Shown here piece by piece: positions 32,607 through 42,251 of a stretch of 64,000 nucleotides of DNA. Source of the DNA: Balanoglossus misakiensis (taxonomy: Eukaryota > Animalia > Hemichordata); NCBI GenBank assembly GCA_040954595.2, contig CM082576.2:5802760-5866759 (forward strand), given 5' to 3'. The notes beneath the pieces are model-generated. The model saw only the letters and a program-made list of their open reading frames with translations, ran no database searches and was not told the DNA's origin. A program made the translations under genes and the position numbers. Each line of letters begins with the position of its first letter. The stretch's first letter is position 1.

Positions 32607-35178
32607 AATAAAACAAAGCAAACCAACCACATGATTTTCTGCAAATGCACCTGCGATATCGAGCTTTCTAGGGCTGTCTTGTTATCTCTAGTTTGACATT
32701 CTAATACAGGTGGTCGTGCATACTCACGTCATCAGTTTTATCGCCAGGTTCTTCGTAGGTGTAGCTCCATCTGGATAGCCACAGCTGCCCATAAGCATGA
32801 TAGTCCAAGTACACATCAACATCGTGGGTTTTGATGAAATCTGCTATCTCCCTGACCTCTCTTTCAGAGAACGGACGGGATCCATGATATATGTCAGAAC
32901 AAGGATTGTCGCTTGTTCCGGGACCTTTAGAGACAGGAAATGTGTTAACAATACAGTATTGCAAAAGTTGAAACAGGGAACAAAAGTGTCCGTCCAGTCA
33001 CATTCTACTTTTGTGGCTATGGCGTGTTAAACATGTTGTCCGACGTCCCTGAAACCTCAGAACCGATAGGAGGTCGTATCCGTACCTGCGAAATTAGAAG
33101 TTGTAGGCAAGGCAATATTCACAATGTGTGAAGAATTTACACTCGCCGGTCATGAAATACCTGACATTACATGCGCGCTTGGTAGCCCAATGGTGTGGAG
33201 GGGCTCATGCTATGGGTTTACAGGTGATTGAGAAAAATAGGCAATATCCCTGATTTTCAGGTACAGGGTCCCCGTGCATGGTATGTCACTCACCCATTGA
33301 GGGGCGGAGACTAGGTCACATGTCATATGCGCATATAGGCAACTGTTTTCCCCTTTCTGAGTCACTTCTGAGGTAGCCGTCTTGCAGCTAACAGCGTACT
33401 TCGTGTGCTCCTGATCCAATCTCTTGGCTACCGCTATTTTGCGTTTATTTACGTTCAACTCCATTTCTATGCATCACTAGTACGTCTCTGTGAGACTCGA
33501 TTGCTAGATCGGTGGGTTTACGTAGCTATTTTTCCGGTGTTATTGCTTATTCGGTCCGCCTGAGTCGGGACGGGTGTTCTGTCGCCCAGCTTTGCAAGTG
33601 CGTGTTCTGTCCACGCACAAGTCGAACGCTTCAGTGACAGTCGTCATCGGAAGCTCGTTCACGTTACCACACTGCAGACATCTGTGGGAATTTCCCCAGA
33701 GTGCTTTATTAGTTGTTGAACCTGTAAAGTATTTGCAGTGTTTTCCGAGATTTTGTGACAATATCCTCGTTTTTCTCAAGTATAGACATACATGTCCATC
33801 GCGAAACTTACCTCCCCATTCCATGTCCCAGTTTCGATTCGGATCTGTTCCAGTACAGTTGGCATCTTCGTTTATAGATCTAGTTTTTCTCCACATTCGG
33901 TCCTAAGACATTTCGATGAACAGAATATTGAAAAAGAATTCATGGGTTATACGGTCGATCTCGTGTTCATGCTTATTAATATCACATAACATCTGCGTTG
34001 TCATGAAAGGGGCAGTTAAACATTTAAATATTTAAATTCTCCCTTCCTGTCCGGAACCACCTAGCACCTGAATGATTGAAGAAATGAAATTGGGCATCCC
34101 CTTGGTTAACTAGAATTTTGACCACCTCATACCACCACATAATTTAACGCCACCTACAGAACATGACAATGGCTGGTTCCGGTTGTGAACTCTATTAGAG
34201 CGATTTCTTGATTGTTTTAAACAAGGCAAAGAAGGCATCACAAACCCCATCACTGGCCCATGTGTACATGTATCCATCCACATTGGCAACAGGTACTATG
34301 AACCAGACTATTTCGTCAACCAGTCGAGTTATGTCAGAATCCTCTCCATATTTGCTGAAAAGCTTACAAACGTTCAGATGAAATGCCGGTTAGTCAACTT
34401 AGAGGAAATGATCCGTAATCATCTACCCTCCGCACTGTACATGCATTTTCCAAGTTTAATTATAACTCCATCGCAACCGTATTTCTGTCTCAAATGCTAT
34501 CGTCAAATATCGGATTAATACATTAAAATCGGTTGCAAGTACCTCATGAGCCATGAAGATGAGCGTGGCTGGCGAAATCCATTCTCTTGCATGGAAACCT
34601 CCAACCAGAAAGACATTGGGCTTCTTTTTTCCCGTAACCACGCCATCTTTCGCTATCTGCATTGACGATGATAACATGGAAGTGAAAATTAAAATTTTAT
34701 GAGATGGTACGGGCAGGGCACATGACACCTTTGTGCAAAGTGAGGCGACAACTGCTACTGTTGTCGAGAGTGATATAGCTGGTTTTCTAAGTAGGCAAAA
34801 CGTGTGGACGAGTTCATATTGAGCTGATGAGTATTGCAGTATAAGCTTGTTGGAAGACTTTAAAGAGGCAAATTATCAACGCTCAAAATTATTAGAAAAG
34901 TTTGACTTTCTAGCTACATTTTACCTTGAAAGCCTGGATTTCTCTTTTTTCAAAAGATGTGGCAATTTTGAATACTTGGACTATCTCTTCGTGTTTATCA
35001 GCACTCTCCAACATCCACGTTTCGATCTGACAAAGAAACAAAGGATTATTGTGTGATGGCTTGTGTTAAAAATAGACCACAGAAAATCTTGTCGTTTAGA
35101 GGTTGTAATTTTCTTTATTAGTGATTGTTTACTTCTGTTCACAGAGAAACGCACTGTATGAGCTTTTAAAAGATAGTA

Positions 35179-35212
<34 letters not shown>

Positions 35213-35213
35213 C

Positions 35214-35258
<45 letters not shown>

Positions 35259-36214
35259 TATAAAGAAACATACACCAAATTCTTCCTGCTGTCTATAACT
35301 GAACCCGAATGTCGTCAAATATGGCGGCTTGTCTCTTAAATATTTCACTTTGTGTGCGGCGTACATTACTGATCAAACAGAATCATATGATTTGTATCCC
35401 AAGTCTTACCTCTTCGTACGTGTGATAGCGATCGAACTCAAACTGGTCTGGAGGATGGTCAGCAGCCTCACTTCGACGTCCCACTTGGTGATCGATAAGT
35501 GATTGTACGTCGTCAATCATGACGTCATAATTGATATTCGCCATTTTGAGCGAATCATCGATGTCATCGGTCAGATCTGGCGGAATCATTATGTCCACTG
35601 GTTGTTCTAATGCGTACGGCGATTTCCAAAAGTCAAGCTAGGCATTAAGAAGCTAGTGTTACAGAGTATATAGGATTACATAGAAAATGGTGCAGTTCCA
35701 AAATATGTAATTCGATACTTCAGCATTAGCTCATACAATGGGAAATTCGAAATTAAAAGAACGTAAAACAAGTTTCAATTCAAAGGACTATCAAGGCTCA
35801 TAGGATTCCTTTTTTTAGAATTGAGTTTTATTCAACGATTAAACAATTTATTGTGGTTAATATGTTCGCAATCGGAACTTGCGGATGAACTACGTGATCG
35901 AAAGCGTACCTGGGCACCGTAAAAACGTTTTAGTCTTTCAATAGAATTTATGTCTTCGTTGTCCTTTGGGTAAATGCGTAGAACCTGGTATCTGCAATGA
36001 CAATATTGATATAAAGACACCAATTCCACCCACTGATATTGTTATGTTATGCGTGTAAAACAACTTGACTGACACAGAGTTTTTTGGTTTCGATTTGGAA
36101 ATATAGAATAGATGAGTTACCCTACCTGTCAAACCTACCATCCGCTCTAACTAACGGAACTACACACATGGAAAGACACACGCCCATAACAAAGAAACCA
36201 AGCTTGAAAGTCAT
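31771..36214 (-). CDS. M14A zinc carboxypeptidase (CPA/CPB-like preproenzyme), copy 1
   Basis: 10 exons: signal [24 protein letters not shown], propeptide YQVLRI / [44 protein letters not shown] (Zn ligands H69/E72), DRMWRKTRS (R127), DPNRNW (N144/R145), DYHAYGQ (H196), AFAIELRD (E270), [15 protein letters not shown]; stop 31773-31771. Confidence 0.93.
32546..32605. repeat. (CAA)n microsatellite; longer paralogous copy at 38454-38551
   Basis: Direct reading. Confidence 0.95.
35179..35255. repeat. (GAC)n(GAT)n microsatellite; paralogous copy at ~40830-40915
   Basis: Direct reading. Confidence 0.95.
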
Positions 36215-36590
36215 TCTCCAGGTTGCAGTGTCACTGTGTGAGTTACGTGATCTATGTCTATGTGCGACCCGTGTTAGGCAGATTTGCTGTTTTGTACACT
36301 TGTGTAATTGTGTAGAGTGTCGTGTGCATAGGTGAGTAAATGTTTTGACCGTTGACATGTGCGAATATGAGAGACCATTAATCTGATTATACGAGCGGAC
36401 TGTAGTGTTTGGAAACTCATTAAATGGTAGTTATCCTACTAATATTAGATTATTGACAGGAAAGACTGTCGGGGCACTGTTTAATACTATAACTGTCTGA
36501 TTGTTAATTACGAATTCAATACTGCAATTAAAAGAAATTGTTATCATATGAAAAACATCATTGTAAGGAACATTATTTTAAAAAAAAAAC

Positions 36591-37004
36591 ACGCTGTGGT
36601 GCAAATAAGAATTTGTACCGCTGCGGTGCAAATAAGATCATTGGAGTTATGCTGCAATATAGTGCGGAAAATTTCCGACTTTTTCGAGTACAAATCGTGA
36701 TGGCGAAGGGTTCAGGAAGGCTAGCCTTTTACCTGAAGGTGTCAACTGATGTTGGTTCGAGACCACTTTTTTTCTATTTCTTTTTTTTGTGTGAGAACTT
36801 ATAACGACATTATCATTGTAGTTTTTATCATTTTCATAAATCCAATTCATTTCAATATCTACGCTGCGTTTTTCATCTGTCGGGTATAAGAAACATGCAG
36901 GGAAACTTGGTCATTTTTTTTGTCGCGGTTCACTTGGGCAAGTCTGAATACGGAGTGCTCAGCAGAGAGAAAGATAAACTCGCTAAAACCGTGTCTTTCC
37001 ATCC
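36591..37004 (+). repeat. Truncated single unit of the 526 bp satellite at the duplication junction
   Basis: Matches the array unit up to ..CCGTGTCTTTCCATCC, then switches to SLC5-B intron sequence. Confidence 0.92.
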
Positions 37005-37074
37005 TAGTATGTACTGATATGCCAGAAGATGTTTGGAAACTCCTAATATATTACAATTTTTTTCACTCATTCAG

Positions 37075-37120
37075 GCCGGTTGGTTGGACTACAGCTGAAA
37101 GCAAATTACCCGCGGAATAA
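37075..37120 (+). pseudogene. Orphan duplicate of the SLC5-B terminal exon
   Basis: TCATTCAG|GCCGGTTGGTTGGACTACAGCTGAAAGCAAATTACCCGCGGAATAA, identical to 31359-31404, with the acceptor intact. Confidence 0.8.
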
Positions 37121-37488
37121 TATTCACCGAGTTGCACTAGTTTATTTCATCAATTGTTATAGAGTTACATAATGTAAAACCACGCATTGTAATTATAAAA
37201 GAAAGTTTGTTTCGTCTTGGCTTGCAAGCCGGATATTCAAAATTTCGAACAGAAGGAAGAAAGTGAACTCTTATAAAAGACAATGATCATGGTAAAATAA
37301 TGTGGAATGTACACCAATTATTTGTGACGTGTACATCTGTTTCATGGATGCTTATAGAGCCTTTCTGTTTGCCTCATCAGTAGTATAGAGGGCTGTATAT
37401 ATAACACAAATCTTGCGCGTACAATATCTTTGTTCTATACAACCACTACACTATACTCCCATCTGCCGTTTCATTAACGTGGACAGGG

Positions 37489-38453
37489 TTATCCATTTAG
37501 AACGTAAAACCCTATGGCTTTGACAGCAGCGAAATTCTCCTCTCCCGTCGGAATGATCTGATCTTCCGGTAGTAGGAAGCCATAATCGGACCTCAAGCTA
37601 TCACGAAGCTCAATGGCGAAGGCATACGGGACACCTCCGGAAGAATAAACCCAATCCACGGACACGCCACTAATTCTACCTTAAAAAGTATCAACAGGAC
37701 ACGAAAATGTTAGCAATCTTTGAAAGCTGATTATAACTGATTTATTCTTTTTAAATATACAGGAATGTTATGTTGTGTTGGATTTTTTATACTAGTATCA
37801 GGAAATCTGGAAATTCAATTTAGTCTTGGAAATTCTTCGAATGATTAAAAGCTGTTCTCTAACAAAATGATTTTGTAAAATATTCAAGAAATGGTTGTCA
37901 AAATGACCAACCTGAATTCACCTTTTTTTTATGCCATGCTGCTCAAAATCAATATGTGTCAAAATCTGGTAAGATCTAGATCTGAACTCATCTTCAAAAT
38001 GACTAAATGGTTTGTGGGTTTTATCTTCGCGATTTGTGTTCGGCGTGTTACTATACATGTAAAACATTATTCGGTCACTTGAGCAACTATATTCGTGCAA
38101 AGTCTTTGAGTGAGAAAAATTCCTATATTGATCTATAAATGACTGACTGATTCTACGTTAATGCATGACCAAGGAAAGTACCGGACACTCAAAAACTGTA
38201 TTTCTAAAGTGAAATGTTAGTTTTTCCCCGCACCTGCTATATGCACTTACCAAACATGTGAGAGATTTGTCCGGGTTCATATTCTCTTCCATGGACAGAC
38301 TTTATAGCCATAGTTGCTAATGTTTCAATATTCTTCAGAAATACGGAAATGAGACGAAACAAAACACTGAATGAATATACAATATTTTTTGCAAGCCAAC
38401 AACTATATCGAAGGATACACCTACAATAATGTGGAAAAGCAATGCACACATGT

Positions 38454-38552
<99 letters not shown>

Positions 38553-40829
38553 CAAAAGCAAAAATACCACATTTTCTGCAAATGCACCCGCGATATCGAG
38601 CTTTCTATAGGGCTCTCTTGTTATCTTTAGTTTGACATTCTACTACAGGTGGTCGTGCATACTCACGTCATCATTTTTATCGCCAGGTTCTTCGTAGGTG
38701 TAGCTCCATCTGGATAGCCACAGCTGTCCATATGCATGATAGTCCAAGTACACATCAACATCGTGGGTTTTGATGAAATCTGCTATCTCCCTGACCTCTC
38801 TTTCAGAGAACGGACGGGATCCATGATATACGTGAGAACAAGGATTGTCGCTTGTTCCGGGACCTTTAGAGACAGGAAATGTGTTATTATATTATACCAG
38901 TATATTGATGGTGTAAATCACGCTATTTGATTGGGCGAGACACGACACGTGACCGTGATATATTAGCCATATACCACAGTCATATATCATAGTCAAAGAA
39001 AATGCCTTTTTAAAATGTTTTATGCAAAGTTTCAATATACTGGCATAATATAATAGCAATAAAACACCCCCAGCCATGGTATACCACTCGATTTTGACCA
39101 GTTCAACTCCATATACGCACTCGCTATCGCTCGTGCGTATATGTCGTGAACTGGTCAAAATCTCGTGATATACCATGGCTGGGGGTGTTTTATTGCTTAA
39201 ACAATACAGTATTGCAAAAGTTGAAACAGGGAACAAAAGTGTCCGTCCAGTCACATTCTACTTTTGTGGCTATGGCGTGTTAAACATGTTGTCCGACGTC
39301 CCTGAAACCTCAGAACCGATAGGAGGTCGTATCCGTACCTGCGAAATTAGAAGTTGTAGGCAATGCAATATTCACAATGTGTGAAGAATTTACACTCGCC
39401 GGTTTCAAAATATCCTCGTTTTTCTCAAGTATAGACATACATGTCCATCGCGAAACTTACCTCCCCATTCCATGTCCCAGTTTGCATTCGGATCTGTTCC
39501 AGTACAGTTGGCATCTTCGTTTATAGATCTAGTTTTTCTCCACATTCGGTCCTAAGACATTTCGATGAACAGAATATTGAAAAAGAATTCATGGGTTATA
39601 CGTTCGATCTCGTGTTCATGCTTATTAATATCACATAACATCTACGTTGTCATGAAAGGGGCAGTTAAACATTTAAATATTCTCCCTTCCTGTCCGGAAC
39701 CACCTAGCACCTGAATGATTGAAGAAATGAAATTGGGCATCCCCTTGGTTAACTAGAATTTTGACCACCTCATACCACCACATAATTTAACGCCACCTAT
39801 ATACAGAACATGGCAATGGCTGGTTCCGGTTGTGAACTCTATTAGAGCGATTTCTTGAATGTTTTAAACAAGGCAAAGAAGGCATCACAAACCCCATCAC
39901 TGGCCCATGTGTACATGTATCCATCCACATTGGCAACGGGTACTATGAACCAGACTATTTCATCAACCAGTCGAGTTATGTCAGAATCCGCTCCATATTT
40001 GCTGAAAAGCTTACAAACGTTCAGATGAAATGCCGGTTAGTCAACTTAGAGGAAATGATCCGTAAATAATCTACCCTCCGTACTGTACATGCATTTTCCA
40101 AGTTTAATTATAACTCAATCGCAACCGTATTTCTGTCTCAAATGCTATCGTCAAATATCGGATTAATACATTAAAATCGGTTGCAAGTACCTCATGAGCC
40201 ATGAAGATGAGCGTGGCTGGCGAAATCCATTCTCTTGCATGGAAACCTCCAACCAGAAAGACAGTAGGCTTGTGTTTTCCCGTAACCACGTCATCTTTCG
40301 CTATCTGCATTGACGATGATAAAATGGAAGTGAAAATTAAAATTTTATGAGATGGTACGGGTAGGGCACATGGCTCCTTTGTGCAAAGTGGGGCGACAAC
40401 TTCCACGGATGTTGTCGAGAGTGATATAGCTGGTTTTCTAAGTAGGCAAAACGTGTGGACGAGTTCATATTGAGCTGATGAGTATTGCAGTATAAGCTTG
40501 TTGGAAGACTTTAAAGAGGCAAATTATCAACGCTCAAAATTATTAGAAAAGTTTGACTTTCTAGCTACATTTTACCTTGAAAGCCTGGATTTCTCTTTTT
40601 TCAAAAGATGTGGCAATTTTGAATACTTGGACTATCTCTTCGTGTTTATCAGCACTCTCCAACATCCACGTTTCGATCTGACAAAGAAACAAAGGATTAT
40701 TGTGTGATGGCTTGTGTTAAAAATAGACCACAGAAAATCTTGTCGTTTAGAGGTTGTAATTTTCTTTATTAGTGATTGTTTACTTCTGTTCACAGAGAAA
40801 CGCACTGTATGAGCTTTTAAAAGATAGTA

Positions 40830-40863
<34 letters not shown>

Positions 40864-40864
40864 C

Positions 40865-40918
<54 letters not shown>

Positions 40919-41878
40919 TATATAGAAACATACACCAAATTCTTCCTGCTGTCTATAACTGAACCCGAATGTCGTCAAATATGGCGGCTTGTCTCTTAAA
41001 TATTTCACTTTGTGTGCGGCGTACATTACTGATCAAACAGAATCATATGATTTGTACCCCAAGTCTTACCTCTTCGTACGTGTGATAGCGATCGAACTCA
41101 AACTGGTCTGGAGGATGGTCAGCAGCCTCACTTCGACGTCCCACTTGGTGATCGATAAGTGATTGTACGTCGTCAATCATGACGTCATAATTGATATTCG
41201 CCATTTTGAGCGAATCATCGATGTCATCGGTCAGATCTGGCGGAATCATTATGTCCACTGGTTGTTCTAATGCGTACGGCGATTTCCAAAAGTCAAGCTA
41301 GGCATTAAGAAGCTAGTGTTACAGAGTATATAGGATTACATAGAAAATGGTGCAGTTCCAAAATATGTAATTCGATACTTCAGCATTAGCTCATACAATG
41401 GGAAATTCGAAATTAAAAGAACGTAAAACAAGTTTCAATTCAAAGGACTATCAAGGCTCATAGGATTCCTTTTTTTAGAATTGAGTTTTATTCAACGATT
41501 AAACAATTTATTGTGGTTAATATGTTCGCAATCGGAACTTGCGGATGAACTACGTGATCGAAAGCGTACCTGGGCACCGTAAAAACGTTTTAGTCTTTCA
41601 ATAGAATTTATGTCTTCGTTGTCCTTTGGGTAAATGCGTAGAACCTGGTATCTGCAATGACAATATTGATATAAAGACACCAATTCCACCCACTGACATT
41701 GTTATGTTATGCGACCGTGTAAAACAACTTGACTGACACAGAGTTTTTTGGTTTCGATTTGGAAATATAGAATAGATGAGTTATCCTACCTGTCAAACCT
41801 ACCATCCGCTCTAACTAACGGAACTACACACATGGAAAGACACACGCCCACAACAAAGAAACCAAGCTTGAAAGTCAT
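37489..41878 (-). CDS. M14A zinc carboxypeptidase-like, copy 2 (ORF appears intact; Arg145 replaced by Ala)
   Basis: Same 10 exons and splice sites as copy 1; HARE, H196 and E270 retained; DPNANW instead of DPNRNW; no stop or frameshift seen. Confidence 0.9.
38887..39200. mobile_element. ~314 bp double-hairpin insertion present only in carboxypeptidase copy 2
   Basis: Copy 1 reads TGTGTTA|ACAATACAG; copy 2 has the extra segment there. It carries IR TTATACCAGTATATTGA / TCAATATACTGGCATAA followed by a ~145 bp palindrome AGCAATAAAACACCCCCAGCCATGGTATA.. / ..TATACCATGGCTGGGGGTGTTTTATTGCT. Confidence 0.85.
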
Positions 41879-42251
41879 TCTCCAGGTTGCAGTGTCACTG
41901 TGTGAGTTACGTGATCTATGTCTATGTGCGACCCGTGTTAGGCAGATTAGCTGTTTTGTACACTTGTGTAATTGTGTAGAGTGTCGTGTGCATAGGTGAG
42001 TAAATGTTTTGACCGTTGACATGTGCGAATATGAGAGACCATTAATCTGATTATACGACCGGACTGTAGTGTTTGGAAACTCATTAAATGGTAGTTATCC
42101 TACTAATATTAGATTATTGACAGGAAAGACTGTCGGGGCACTGTTTAATACTATAACTGTCTGATTGTTAATTACGAATTCAATACTGCAATAAAAAGAA
42201 ATTGTTATCATATGAAAAACATCATTGTAAGGAACATTAATAAAAAAAAAA

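Noticed and set aside
33170-33260. tRNA-like start GCTTGGTAGCCCAATGG in the copy-1-specific segment (possible SINE)
   Set aside because: No recognisable B box at a suitable distance.
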